A stretch of DNA of 64,000 bases from Candidatus Bathyarchaeota archaeon (GCA_963697165.1 CAVOMX010000025.1:1-64000); one strand, 5' to 3'. Shown: positions 1 to 11,136, counted from the stretch's first letter. The notes: a model not told the origin generated them from the sequence alone. Numbers and translations: made by a program.

Positions 1-60
1 GTTATTAGTCTCCTAATATTAACTGTGGCTATTTGGAGTTTTATTGTCCGAGTCCTATGA
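1..60 (+). CDS. 3' end of a probable membrane protein (partial, starts before the window)
   Basis: Frame 1 reads VISLLILTVAIWSFIVRVL then TGA at 58-60; hydrophobic helix. Confidence 0.4.
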   Translation, partial: VISLLILTVAIWSFIVRVL

Positions 61-124
61 CTTGGAATTTGAGTTTTTTGCTGAATGTTGGTGGGCAGTC
101 AACCAGAATTAGTTTTGCAATGTT

Positions 125-286
125 TTAGCGGACGACTTCCCGTTTCTTCCATCGCAGATTCTTGCCTCTGCATTTCCTGCACTTGACTGCAGCAGAAGAG
201 TTTCGCACTCCACAATCTCGACAAATTTTCATGTAGAGTCTATGCTTCTGAGCAAGAGTTTTCTTGAAAGGATCCATTATAGGCAA
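125..286 (-). CDS. rpl40e: 50S ribosomal protein eL40 (L40e)
   Basis: Not in the ORF track. Manual translation MPIMDPFKKTLAQKHRLYMKICRDCGVRNSSAAVKCRKCRGKNLRWKKREVVR; CxxC...CRKC...LRxK zinc motif of archaeal eL40. TTG start at 286 (in-frame ATG at 295 also possible). Confidence 0.93.
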   Translation of the reverse strand: MPIMDPFKKTLAQKHRLYMKICRDCGVRNSSAAVKCRKCRGKNLRWKKREVVR

Positions 287-534
287 ATCAGACATTCTCC
301 GTTAGCTAAAGCTTAGTAACGTTTCAAACCACCTCTAACCTAAATATGTTTTCCCTTCCCCCGAAGCCCAAACAGCAACGTCGCTTTGCGTTTCGCACAA
401 GTTTTGATAAACTGCCTGCTCTTTTTGGGAGAAGCGATTCTCCGCTCGCAATGCTTTATGTTTTATGCAAAGATTTACCACAACGTATTTATTGCGCTGC
501 CAAAAAGCTTAGCAAGTTCACGAACATAAAAAAC

Positions 535-742
535 GAAGGAGCGAGGCGGAAGCTGGCAGAAACCAGTTCTGTTCTGGTTGAGAAAGCCAGTAGTGAACTA
601 TGTGCTGGTTGGCATATCTCTTTTCCACGACGGAACAAGAAGTCTCCGTTGCGGAATGAGGTAGAACAATCAGCAGGTCGGTTGGCGGGCTTTGAAGAAG
701 GTGCCGCACCATCGAGTGGCATTACGCCGAAATAACCTTTTG
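535..742 (+). ncRNA. Candidate structured non-coding RNA, three consecutive hairpins, family unknown
   Basis: Stems 552-557/586-591, 561-566/574-579, 603-611/667-675, 615-620/658-663, 623-634/645-656, 682-687/725-730, 700-707/716-723; many G-U pairs on the + strand; T-run at 738-741. Confidence 0.45.
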
Positions 743-817
743 GCTAATGTCCAAAAAGACGCAAGTTTAAAAGGCTCCGCCGCTAACTCCTTTATTTCAG
801 GGAGGACAAAAGAAGCA

Positions 818-1324
818 GTGAAAACGGAACTATGCAATTTCTGCTTGAAAAGCGGAATATTGTGCTCAAAATGTCAAGGAAAACTTGAGTCGGGAGCTGT
901 AAGTGAGGTAGATTTCACTATAGCCCGCTTGCTTTTGTCTTTGGAAGAACAGTATCCTTCTCTTCAAGATGTACATTTCCACAAGGCTGTGGAGGCTGAT
1001 AGGATTCTCGCCATTCTCGTCGATAAGGGTGATGTTCCGCGTCTTTTAAGCCATGGCGGAAAAATTGTTAAGGCTCTAGGCGAAAAGACAGAAAAAATTA
1101 TTCGTGTTCTGGAATATGGAGTGACTGAACGAAAGTTCCTAGAAGATCTCTTTGTTCCGTTGAGTATTCTGACGATAAACAAGATTTGGTTGCCTGATGG
1201 AACAACTGAAACAAGAGTTATCTTGAATCGGGGACGACGAAAAAGAATACCGAACGTCAAAGCTTCTAGAGAACTCGCCGAAAAACTTCGGGGAATGACT
1301 CTCCGAGTAGAATTCGCTCAATAA
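818..1324 (+). CDS. Archaeal NusA-like KH-domain transcription factor with N-terminal Cys cluster
   Basis: GTG at 818 gives MKTELCNFCLKSGILCSKCQ; KH-like LLSHGGKIVKAL; INKIWLPDGT motif; upstream of aspS. The ORF-track start at 692 is probably too long. Confidence 0.8.
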   Translation: MKTELCNFCLKSGILCSKCQGKLESGAVSEVDFTIARLLLSLEEQYPSLQDVHFHKAVEADRILAILVDKGDVPRLLSHGGKIVKALGEKTEKIIRVLEYGVTERKFLEDLFVPLSILTINKIWLPDGTTETRVILNRGRRKRIPNVKASRELAEKLRGMTLRVEFAQ

Positions 1325-1339
1325 CTGCCGGGGTTTCCA

Positions 1340-2659
1340 ATGGAACTTGACAAGATGGGCGACTGGCGAAGAAGCCATTACTCTGCTGATATCGGTCCTG
1401 AATTGGATGGACAGGAAGTCTTGGTTTTCGGCTGGGTTCAGGAGATTCGCGACTTAGGTGGTTTACGTTTTCTGATACTGCAAGACAAGACTGGACAGTT
1501 GCAGATTACTATTCATCGGCACAAAGTTGCAGCTGAGGTAGTGGAGAAGGCTGAGTCGCTGCAGAAACAATATAGCATCGGCGTTAAGGGAATCGTTAAG
1601 AAGATGGGGAAAGCTCCCAGAGGAGCAGAAATTATTCCCAACGAAATGCGAATATTTAGCGTATCACAGCAGCCGTTGCCCCTCGACATAACCGGACGAA
1701 CCAAGGCAGAGATTGATGTGCGCCTTGACGCCCGAGTATTGGATTTGAGGAGAGAAGAAAATCAGGCTATCTTCAGGGTTCAGCATGCCGCTCTTGAGGC
1801 TACTCGAGGCTTCTTGTCAAAACGTGGATTCATGGAAGTATTCACTCCCAGAATCATCGTTTCCGCAACTGAAGGCGGTTCTGCCCTGTTTCCGGTTGTA
1901 TACTTTACGCGAGAAGCTTTTCTGGCTCAGAGTCCCCAGCTCTACAAGGAGCAACTGATTCTGGATTTTGAGCAAGTCTTTGAGATTGGTCCATTCTTTA
2001 GAGCTGAGGAATCTCATACTCGTCGTCACCTGAGCGAATTTATTTCTGTGGACATCGAGCAGGCTTTTGCAACTGCAGAAGATGTCATGAAGGTTCTAGA
2101 AGAACTAATTCATTATGTCTGTGAGACTGTGGCTGCTAACTGTGAACGGGAACTTGAGCTTCTAGGTCACAAGATTGTGGTTCCTGAGGTTCCCTTCAAG
2201 CGTTTAACTTACAGTAAGCTTTTGGAGGAGTTAGAGGCAGAGAAGATTCATGTTCCTTGGGGGGAGGACATTCCCACCACCGCTTATAGGGTTCTTGGGA
2301 AGCTTCATCCATACTACTATTTCATTACTGACTGGCCAACCAAGGCTAAGGCATTTTACATCCAACCGAATGACGACAAGCCAGAACTGAGCGAAGGCTT
2401 CGATTTGATGTGGCACTGGGTAGAACTCTCTTCAGGCGGAGCACGTATCCACGACAAAGAACTGCTGATGAAACGGCTCGCTGAGCAGGGACTAAGCACA
2501 GAATCCTTCAAGACGCACCTGCAAGCATTCGATTACGGTATGCCACCCCACGCGGGATGGGGCCTAGGCCTAGCAAGACTAATCATGGTTCTTACTGGAG
2601 TAAAGAACATACGAGAAGTAGTGCTATTCCCACGAGACCAACTCAGACTAACACCCTAA
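1340..2659 (+). CDS. aspS: Aspartate--tRNA(Asp/Asn) ligase
   Basis: OB-fold GWVQEIRDLGG, LAQSPQLYK, FRAE motif 2, YGMPPHAGWGLG motif 3. Confidence 0.97.
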   Translation: MELDKMGDWRRSHYSADIGPELDGQEVLVFGWVQEIRDLGGLRFLILQDKTGQLQITIHRHKVAAEVVEKAESLQKQYSIGVKGIVKKMGKAPRGAEIIPNEMRIFSVSQQPLPLDITGRTKAEIDVRLDARVLDLRREENQAIFRVQHAALEATRGFLSKRGFMEVFTPRIIVSATEGGSALFPVVYFTREAFLAQSPQLYKEQLILDFEQVFEIGPFFRAEESHTRRHLSEFISVDIEQAFATAEDVMKVLEELIHYVCETVAANCERELELLGHKIVVPEVPFKRLTYSKLLEELEAEKIHVPWGEDIPTTAYRVLGKLHPYYYFITDWPTKAKAFYIQPNDDKPELSEGFDLMWHWVELSSGGARIHDKELLMKRLAEQGLSTESFKTHLQAFDYGMPPHAGWGLGLARLIMVLTGVKNIREVVLFPRDQLRLTP

Positions 2660-2667
2660 ATTTGTGG

Positions 2668-4038
2668 CTAGTACCCTGCCGCTATCAAGTCTTGGGGCTT
2701 CATGAACTCTCGGAGAACGACTGTTGCATAACTGCCTCTGTTCAATGTGAAACCAAGCTTCATTATATGCTTGCCCGTGTTCTCTTTGTCCTCAGATATT
2801 TCTTCCATGACCAGATTCCAGACTGGATTTAGTATTGCTCTCACTCTGCCTTCTGCGGTTGCTTCGGGCATGAACGGAATTTTGAACGTTTCTGGAGACA
2901 CGTTTTCTTCTTCAAGAATCGCCTGCTCAATTTCTCCCTGTATTCCCTTGGATATCGGCTGATCTGGACCCACAAGCGGAGCAGCAACACACATTTTATG
3001 TTCCTTAACTGCGGCAGTCATTGCCTGAATGTTCTGGCTGGTAGTCTGATCCCATTCTTCTGTTGGTATTCCATGTTCGTCAAGTTTATTCATGTAGTCG
3101 CCGACCTGTGGCTCATCTAGGGCGATGCCTCTTCGCATTCGTTCACTAAGAAACCTGTTGAAAAGATACGACTGATATGCTTGAACAAAGAGTTTACGGA
3201 GCCTCCGAGGTAACTCCCTGAATGCGCCCACAAAATCTGTTGGACACTTAACTAGGTGACCGAGCATGAAACGTTCATACCTCAAAAATCTCGGGAAATG
3301 TTCAAGTGCATCCACAAAATCCATGGTGTCTTGCAGTTGTTGTCTAGCCTCCCTTGCTTCGGGGTGTTCGTGTATGCTGGGTTCTGCAAGGAAAGCGAGC
3401 GCCGCCCTCTCTGGGTCTCCTCTTGTTAGGTATTTGCCTACCAAATGGGTGTTGGGTCGGATGGTACCAAAACGTTGGTGCCCAAAATAGTTGGGAACCC
3501 CTCCAATTTTCTCCATTTCTTCTTTGACGTTTTTTGTTCGCTCCTCGATAACTGAAACTGGATGGTCAATTCCTCTTACTGTTATGTGGAACCTGTTTCC
3601 TTTGATAAGCTGAGAATACATTCTTTCTCTGGAAAAACGCTGCGGATACACTGTTATGTCTTTTATTTGCAGATCCAAAACCTTGTTTGGCGACACATTC
3701 TGCAGGCTTATATGCTGCGCAGTGAGTGCTTTCGTGTCCTTTATTCCCGCAAACCTGATGCGCTTCTGGCTTATTCGCAGCCTTTCTGCAACCTGCTCTA
3801 ACCGCCAAAAAAGTGTCCCATCTTCGTTTAACCAACACACAGATGAGATATTGTCCCTCGCCAGCAGCTCTCCCAAGCCTCAACAGGCGCCGATATTTCA
3901 GCCAAGTGAGCCATCAATCAGTAGTTCCTCGACCACAAAATCGTCTAGCAGTTGACGAATTTTTCCGTCAATCCCCTGAGACTGGGTGGCGTAAGTTTCG
4001 ATGCCTAATTCTTTTTCGAGTTGTGGAACCTGCAACAA
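2668..4038 (-). CDS. truD: tRNA pseudouridine(13) synthase TruD, frameshifted near the 5' end
   Basis: DFVVEE (3898-4116 frame), LVKRRWDT (3566-3883 frame), AGIKDTKALTAQ, GNRFHITVR, PNYFGHQRFG, GSYATVVLRE (2668-3876 frame); at least two shifts between about 3800 and 3905. Confidence 0.9.
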
Positions 4039-4046
4039 TGGTAGCC

Positions 4047-4433
4047 TCAGAGTAGACTTAGGTTTCCTGTTATGGCGTCCACCTTGTTGGCGGGAGCCGG
4101 ACCTATTCCTAGACATGTTGTGGTGTTTGGCGGGATTTCAGTTAAGCCCCTGTCAACAATCAATGCTGCAGGTAGCTTTGCGTTTCTGGCTTTTCTTTCA
4201 AGTTCACAAATCTCCTGTTCAGACTTTGCTTTAACTGCAATTTTGCATTGCCCCTCCATAATCCATGGCGTCCACCATTCGGGACGGTTTTTTCGTGCAT
4301 ACTCTGATGCGGAAACAGCAGCGTGTCCAGCCTGAGCAGCTATCTTACCTTTGCTCATTTTGATGTCGGTTCTTACAACGATAACCATCTTATACGAGAA
4401 ATCCGATGAATCAACTGAAATTCTTCCCGTCAT
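4047..4433 (-). CDS. pth2: Peptidyl-tRNA hydrolase Pth2
   Basis: MSKGKIAAQAGHAA, GQCKIAVK, DRGLTEIPPNTTTCLGIGP. Confidence 0.96.
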   Translation of the reverse strand: MTGRISVDSSDFSYKMVIVVRTDIKMSKGKIAAQAGHAAVSASEYARKNRPEWWTPWIMEGQCKIAVKAKSEQEICELERKARNAKLPAALIVDRGLTEIPPNTTTCLGIGPAPANKVDAITGNLSLL

Positions 4434-4548
4434 GTTTCTTTAGCCTCAACGTTACCTACTGTGTTTCTTTCCTCCTCTAAAACACTTTCATGCCCTAAGT
4501 AGACAAAGTCAATTTCGAAACTAAAATTAAATGCTTTAGAGACGAGAC

Positions 4549-5769
4549 TTAGTGTTTTGTTGACGATGTTAGCCACGAATAGAGGAAATAGCTGATTATT
4601 ACAAGTGTTCCCGGATACTTTATCATTGGAATAAGGGACCTGCCCTGGAAGTCGAGGTCTCCAGACCTTTTCAAGTACATCATCTATTCCTAGTCTGTTG
4701 CACAAACCGATTATTTTTTCTGTTCTGTTGTCGGAGAGGCTGTTTAGCATTCTTCGCATCTGAAGCATAGCCGATAAATCAAAACCCACTAGTCGCTTCC
4801 ATCGACGCTGATAACTCTGACAGAAAAGCTTCAGAAAAGTTGCTGTTCTTAACTGCTTCGTAGGCGACTTCCCCTGCTGCCCTAGCACATGCTAGCCCAA
4901 AGATGACGCCTCCTCCTGTTGTCGGTTTTACTTGGGAAGCCGCGTCTCCCACCACAAGAAAGCCGTCGGAATACGTTTTGGGGATTGGACCCGCCAACGG
5001 TATAGGATGAAGAGAAATCTTGTTGACTTGGCTGTTTCTTAGTTTCTTTGATGCCACGGGATGTTTCTCCATGAACCTGCGCAGATAGTCTCGGGGATCA
5101 CCCGTTCTAGTCGCTAAGCCAACCTTTGCTGTACCATCCCTTCTTGGGATTATCCAAGCGAAAAAGTCTGGAGCAATTTTTCTTCCCAGATACACCTCAA
5201 CCATGTCCTCATCAACATGTTCTAGCCCATCAACTTCTGCTTGGATTCCCCGCACCATCATAGACGCCCTCAGACACTCTAATTTCGTCTTCTTCAGAAC
5301 TGCTGATGAGCAGCCCTCAGCATCTATGACAACATTCGCTTCCAACAGCTTCTCTCCCTTTAGGGCAACTCCCTTCACACAGCCTGAATCAAAAAGCAGA
5401 GACTTCACCCTTGAATTGAAACGGTACTCTACTCCAGCCTTTACAGCAAGTTCAGCAAGGTGCTTGTCGAAGAGCTTTCTGTCAATAACATATGTTACTG
5501 GACATCTGCGCTTCAACACGAACTCTTTGCCTGACGGCGAATAGAAAACGGCTCCTCTAATCTCGTTTTCAATAGCACCTTGTGGTAAGTGTTATTCCTA
5601 ATCGTTTAAGACTGGAGATGTTTAGGTGACCTGCACAGTGATTCGGCGCCCCTATCTCTTCATGATCTTCACAAACCACGACCTCCGCGCCTAGCTTGGC
5701 AGCTGTATATGCCGCGTATGAACCGCAGGGACCTCCTCCGACCACAACAATGTCAGGTTTTTTGTTCAC
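4549..5769 (-). CDS. Geranylgeranyl reductase family FAD-dependent oxidoreductase, frameshifted
   Basis: VVVGGGPCG (5569-5769), IDAEG, FAWIIP, VGDAASQVKPTTGGG (4779-5519), C-terminus continues in two more frames ending GDLDFQGRSL...STKH stop at 4549; three shifts. Confidence 0.85.
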
Positions 5770-5881
5770 GTCTCTTCCTCTTTTTGGTTAGCATCTGATT
5801 TTACTATATTACTGGAAACGTTTTAAAAGATAGCATATATAAGAGGGCATTGTATTATCCAGAATTCCTTGAGGTGTTGCT

Positions 5882-6067
5882 GTGAGCGAGAGAGTAAACA
5901 TCGTTATGCCCAAGTGCATGTCATGTAACCGAATTATTCCTCCGGGCGAAGACTCGACAAAAACTAATTGCCCTAACTGCGGAGAAATTCTCATCTGGCG
6001 TTGCGCTAAATGCAGACAATTCGGAAGAAATTACCGTTGTCCTAAATGCGGATTTACTGGACCGTAG
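5882..6067 (+). CDS. Zinc-finger RNA-binding protein (DUF1610 / HVO_2753-like)
   Basis: Four CxxC pairs ending YRCPKCGFTGP. Confidence 0.9.
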   Translation: MSERVNIVMPKCMSCNRIIPPGEDSTKTNCPNCGEILIWRCAKCRQFGRNYRCPKCGFTGP

Positions 6068-6115
6068 GGGACATTTACCAGACCTTTTTTGTTGGTCTTC
6101 AAATATGCTCTAGAG

Positions 6116-6220
6116 TTATTTGCGTTTCCTAAAGAGCATTACGTCTTGTGGCGTTGTGCAGATATATTCGAATCCAGCTTCCACAAGTTCTTTGGCTTCC
6201 TTTGTTGTTTTTGCTGTTGA
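6116..6220 (-). pseudogene. C-terminal remnant resembling a Bathyarchaeia-type tyrosine integrase tail
   Basis: Reads STAKTTKEAKELVEAGFEYICTTPQDVMLFRKRK then stop, preceded by an in-frame TAA; no catalytic domain present. Family assignment is from recall of the EAGFEY...FRKRK tail. Confidence 0.6.
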
Positions 6221-6836
6221 TTAGCGAGTCGATTTCAGCGAATTTTTTCTGTTTGCCAATGTTTTGAATGCGAGTTAATCGCCTGATTACTAATTGTTTG
6301 CATTCTGACTGCTTCACTTTGATTCCTCCACGGGTTAGCCTACTAGACTAGAAGAAACTATAAAACTGAGGTTTGTACGACTTCAAAGCTAGGAGAGAGC
6401 AGTGAAACTGAAGTGAACCGATGGATTTGGCATCGCAGGCTGATAAATAAATCTAAAAGAAACTAGCAAACCCAAACAGGAATGAGTTAAAAACTATGGA
6501 GCATCTAGATTTGATTTCAAGTATCTTTAGTCATAGTAGATCGATTTCCTGTTTTGTTAATACATTTAAATTTAAACTATTACAAAGAATTTTGCAAACA
6601 AATGAATTGAGAATTGATCGGTTTAACATTTTTAGATAAATTCATCGTTTGCTTTTGAACTGTAAATATGTTTTTTGTATATCTTTAGATGTTATAAATT
6701 TGTTAATACAACCTATAAGATTTTTCTTAATAACTTACTTCAATTCAAGTAAGGGAAAGAAGTGAAGCGCCTTCAAGTAATCACAGTTGACTAGATAATT
6801 ACAACTTTCCATATTACCAATAGTTCGAGGGAGTTT

Positions 6837-7073
6837 ATGAAAAAGTCAAATAATAAAGGTTTAATGCGTCGGATAATTTCTGTAGTTATGTTGCCCTTAT
6901 TTATTCTTTTTTGGATGACCGGGTGGATCTTATTCTGGATTGACTCACAAAAAACAGTTCCAATAAACACACAAAAAAACCAAATAATACTTCAAAAAAC
7001 AACGCTAACCGCTAAACCTGAACTAGAACCTATTCGACCCCAAATATTGGCCTCGATTAACGAAGATTTCTAA
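6837..7073 (+). CDS. Small hypothetical membrane protein
   Basis: One hydrophobic segment IISVVMLPLFILFWMTGWILFW; GAGG RBS-like sequence upstream. Confidence 0.6.
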   Translation: MKKSNNKGLMRRIISVVMLPLFILFWMTGWILFWIDSQKTVPINTQKNQIILQKTTLTAKPELEPIRPQILASINEDF

Positions 7074-7098
7074 TAAATATAAATAATAATACCATTTT

Positions 7099-7800
7099 AT
7101 GGAGATCATAGTAAGTTGCGTTTTTTCCCTCTCACAGTTGTTGAATCAACCTTTAATGAAGAGGAGGGAATAGCACCCACAATCTGTGAATTAAAAGAGG
7201 TTCTAAATTATGCCCGAATGATTTGGTGGATCGCAAAAGGTGGGATAGAACAATAGAAATAGCTAGAGCTTTGGGGACCGAAGTTCTTATTCAAAAAGGA
7301 ATAGGTAAAGGAAGCACTATTTCTCAAGGTTTGGACAATCTTAATTGAGCCGCAGTATATGTAGCATTTACTGATGCAGACTACACTTATCCTGCGATAC
7401 ATCTTAAGGAAATGATTAAGGTTATTGATCAAAATCCGAAATTTGAAATGGTATTAGGAAACCGTTGTAGTGAAAGTTATGAACTGGAATCTGTTAAAAA
7501 TCAGTTTTACCTTGGAAATCGGATCGTGGCGTTTGTTCAAAGAATATTAAATGTAGTAAAATTGAATGATTTCTTAAATGGACTTGGAATCATAAGATGT
7601 GAATTATTGAAAGGTTGGAAACCTAAGTCATTGGGATTCGACATTGAAGTAGAATTGAATTATCACATTAAACGTAAAGGATACGAGATTGTTGAAGTGC
7701 CAATTAAATATCGAGCTAGATTAGGACAAAAAAGTTAGGTTTTAGACATGGTCTGGAAATATTGAAGAGAATAATTACGGAAATTAGCTATTGAGATTAG
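7099..7800 (+). pseudogene. Glycosyltransferase family 2 (DPM1-like) pseudogene
   Basis: Fragments TFNEEEGIAPTI, VAFTDADYTYP, MVLGNR, GFDIEVELN, EVPIKYRARLG spread over several frames with stops. Confidence 0.8.
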
Positions 7801-8253
7801 GAACCCAAAAATCCTGATCTTAAGTATATTCAATATTTTTCCGTTAATCTTATGAACATAAAGCTTCTAAAGATAGTCTAGGTATTATAGGAATCAAAAC
7901 AAAAATCGATCCCGAATTTTTCTCCACAAATGACTGAAGCTTTTTTTAATTGCCGAAGCCGAATTTTTTTAAAAGAATATAATATAAAAAAATTGGTATT
8001 GGTATAAATTACAGTCGGGACACGGTAACCCCGAGGCTACGGCTCTAAACTCCAATATATAGGTGTCTTCAAAAATTGTTAAAGGTCAGTCCACAAATTG
8101 TCCTAATTGCATGTCAAAACTGGCAAATTGTAAACGTTAATTGTGGTTATCAGCATTTTGTTCATCTCTCATTTACAACGTCTACGTGATTTGCCTGTTT
8201 TCTTTTTCCTGGACTGAAAAAACTTTTAACTCTCGTAATACCCCAATGGCTTA

Positions 8254-11136
8254 ATGAAATCTCTAAGGCAACTCGAGGAAAAGTGGAGAAAAGCATGGGA
8301 TAAAGCCAAAATATTCGAGGCTGACCCAGACCTGACAAGAAAAAAATTTTTCATAACATTTCCATTCTCATACATGAACGGTCCCCTCCACGTGGGGCAC
8401 GGCTTCACAGCCACCCGCGTCGACTCCTACGCCCGATTCAAAAGAATGCAAGGTTATAACGTCCTGTTTCCGTGGGCATGGCACTGGACCGGCGAAACAA
8501 TAGCAGGCGCAAGCGAGAGGGTAAAAAATGGGGACGAAACACTGATACGTGCATTCAGAGAAATGGATGGGGTTTCAGAAGAGAACCTCAAAAAGTTTGT
8601 TGACCCGGTTTTCATGGCATCATATTATACCGATGACAGTCGAGAATCCGTGAAACGAATCGGCTTTTCTGTAGACTGGAGACGAGAATTTCACACAACC
8701 TCGCTGTATCCAACCTTCAGCAAGTTTGTCGAATGGCAATGTGAACGGCTACGCGAAAAGGGCTACATCATAAAAGGCACATATCCTGTGGTGTGGTGCC
8801 CCCACGATCAAAGCCCAACCGGAGACCATGACAGACAAATAGGAGAAGGCGTAGTAGCAGAAGATTATACGCTCATCAAATACAGAATGGACGATGCCTA
8901 TCTTCCATCCGCCACCTTCAGGCCAGAAACCATCTATGGCATAACAAACATCTGGATAAACCCCGATGCGGACTATGTCAAAGCAAAAGTCAACAGCGAA
9001 AACTGGATAATAAGCAAAACAGCCGCAAACAAACTCAAAGAGCAACTAAAAAAAGTCGAAATCTTAGACACCTTCAAGGGCAAAGAAATAATCGGAAAAC
9101 AGTTCACTAGCCCACTAAACGCCAGAAAAATGCTGATATTGCCCGGATGGTTCGTGAGCCCAGACAACGCAACAGGAGTAGTCTACAGTGTTCCAGCCCA
9201 TGCGCCCTTCGACTGGCTAGCACTAAGAGACCTACAAAACAATCCTGAACTGCTAAAAGAATTTAGCATCGACCCAGAAGCGGTCAAGAAGATACAAGCA
9301 ATCTCGCTAATCAAGGTGGAGGGCTTTGGAGAATACCCCGCCATTGAACTTGTCGACCAGATGGGCATCAAAGACCAGCATGACCCAAAGGCTGAAGAAG
9401 CAACAAAAATGCTATACAAAAAAGAGTTCCATGGCGGCGTACTAAAGGAAATATGCAAAGAATATTCCGGAAAACAAGTCAACAAAATTAAGGACCTGCT
9501 TATCCGAGACTTCAAGAAACAGGGCATAGCAGATTCCATGTATGACCTGCCCGAACCGGTGGTCTGCAGATGTATGACACCCTGCGCAGTTAAGCTTCTT
9601 GAAGAGCAATGGTTCATAAAATACTCGGACCCATCATGGAAACAAAAAACCAAGGAGGCACTAAATCAAGCCACCATTTATCCCGAATCAGCTAGACAAT
9701 GGTTCCTCAACATTATTGACTGGCTCAAAGAGTGGCCATGCGCAAGAAAAAGCGGCTTAGGAACGTCCCTTCCATGGAGCCCCGGATGGATTGTTGAAAC
9801 CCTAACAGACTCAACAGTGTACATGGCATTCTACACGATAAACAACCACCTGAAACAACACAACATAAATGGGGAACAGCTGAATCCCGAAGTCTTCGAC
9901 TACATCTTCTATGGGAGAGGAATCCCCGAAACAGTTGCTAAACAGTCAGGTATTGAAGTTCCAATCTTGAATGAGATGAGAAACGAGTTCATCTACTGGT
10001 ATCCCGTTGACCTAAGAATTTCAGCAAAAGAGCTGGTTTCCAATCACCTGACGTTCTTCCTTTTCCAGCATACAGCACTTTTTCCTGACAATCTCCCCAA
10101 GGGAATTGGCGTAAACGGCATGCTAAGTATTGAGGGAAAGAAGATGTCAAAATCTAAGGGCAACTTCATAACTCTCAAAGATGCCCTCAATCATTTTGGA
10201 GCAGATGCGACACGCTGCGCCCTACTCTTAGGCGGAGAAGGAATGAATGACCCCGACTGGAGAGAAGGCACTGTTGGGGACGTTAAAAGCAAACTTCGCG
10301 GTTTACAGACTCTAATAGACAACATAATCGAAAACGCGAAAGAACCAGAAACGGGGGATCTGGAAGAGTGGCTGATTAGCGTATTACAGCACAAAATCAG
10401 AATGGTTACAGAAAACATGGACGCACTGAAGACCAGAACCGCCCTAGAACATGCGCTATTCGAAGTCTGGAATGATTTCCGATGGTACTTCAGAAGAAAA
10501 GAAAAATTCGACTCAAAAGTTCTAAGGGAAGCATTGGAAACGTGGACTCGGCTTCTGGCTCCTTTTGCGCCCTACATGTGCGAAGAAATCTGGAGCAAAC
10601 TAAACAAACAAGGCTTTGCTTCAATTGCAAAATGGCCAGTTTATGACCAAAACAAAGTCAACCTTCAAGCAGAAGAGACAGAAAAACTGATCAAAAACGT
10701 GTTGGAAGACACCTCAAACATTCTCAGAGCAACAAAGATGGTACCTAAAGAAATCTACTACTACACTGCTGCACCATGGAAATGGACGGCATATCTGACT
10801 GCACTCAAAAAAACAGCATCCGGCACACTAGCCATAAGCGAGTTGATGAAGGAACTGATGGCTGACTCAGAAATGAAACAGGTGGCTGGAAAGGTCGCCA
10901 AATTTGTCCGCGGAATCACAGAAGAAATCAATCGGATGCCTGAAGACATGAAGCAGATGCAACTGCAGATTGGAGTCTTAGATGAAACAGGTTTGCTAAA
11001 AAAAGCAGCGGTGTTCTTCGAAAAAGAATTCAACGTGAAAGTTCGCGCTTACAGGGAGGACGATCAGAAACTTCATGACCCGCAGAAGAAGGCTGAGTCG
11101 GCTAAACCGTACCGTCCCGCAATTTACATTGTATAA
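8254..11136 (+). CDS. leuS: Leucine--tRNA ligase (archaeal type)
   Basis: YMNGPLHVGH (HIGH), KMSKSKGN, editing domain, C-terminal RPAIYI. Confidence 0.97.
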   Translation: MKSLRQLEEKWRKAWDKAKIFEADPDLTRKKFFITFPFSYMNGPLHVGHGFTATRVDSYARFKRMQGYNVLFPWAWHWTGETIAGASERVKNGDETLIRAFREMDGVSEENLKKFVDPVFMASYYTDDSRESVKRIGFSVDWRREFHTTSLYPTFSKFVEWQCERLREKGYIIKGTYPVVWCPHDQSPTGDHDRQIGEGVVAEDYTLIKYRMDDAYLPSATFRPETIYGITNIWINPDADYVKAKVNSENWIISKTAANKLKEQLKKVEILDTFKGKEIIGKQFTSPLNARKMLILPGWFVSPDNATGVVYSVPAHAPFDWLALRDLQNNPELLKEFSIDPEAVKKIQAISLIKVEGFGEYPAIELVDQMGIKDQHDPKAEEATKMLYKKEFHGGVLKEICKEYSGKQVNKIKDLLIRDFKKQGIADSMYDLPEPVVCRCMTPCAVKLLEEQWFIKYSDPSWKQKTKEALNQATIYPESARQWFLNIIDWLKEWPCARKSGLGTSLPWSPGWIVETLTDSTVYMAFYTINNHLKQHNINGEQLNPEVFDYIFYGRGIPETVAKQSGIEVPILNEMRNEFIYWYPVDLRISAKELVSNHLTFFLFQHTALFPDNLPKGIGVNGMLSIEGKKMSKSKGNFITLKDALNHFGADATRCALLLGGEGMNDPDWREGTVGDVKSKLRGLQTLIDNIIENAKEPETGDLEEWLISVLQHKIRMVTENMDALKTRTALEHALFEVWNDFRWYFRRKEKFDSKVLREALETWTRLLAPFAPYMCEEIWSKLNKQGFASIAKWPVYDQNKVNLQAEETEKLIKNVLEDTSNILRATKMVPKEIYYYTAAPWKWTAYLTALKKTASGTLAISELMKELMADSEMKQVAGKVAKFVRGITEEINRMPEDMKQMQLQIGVLDETGLLKKAAVFFEKEFNVKVRAYREDDQKLHDPQKKAESAKPYRPAIYIV

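Noticed and set aside
346..735. 129-aa ORF and overlapping minus-strand ORFs
   Set aside because: No recognisable motifs; spans promoter-like sequence and the hairpin-rich segment, which is better explained as RNA structure.
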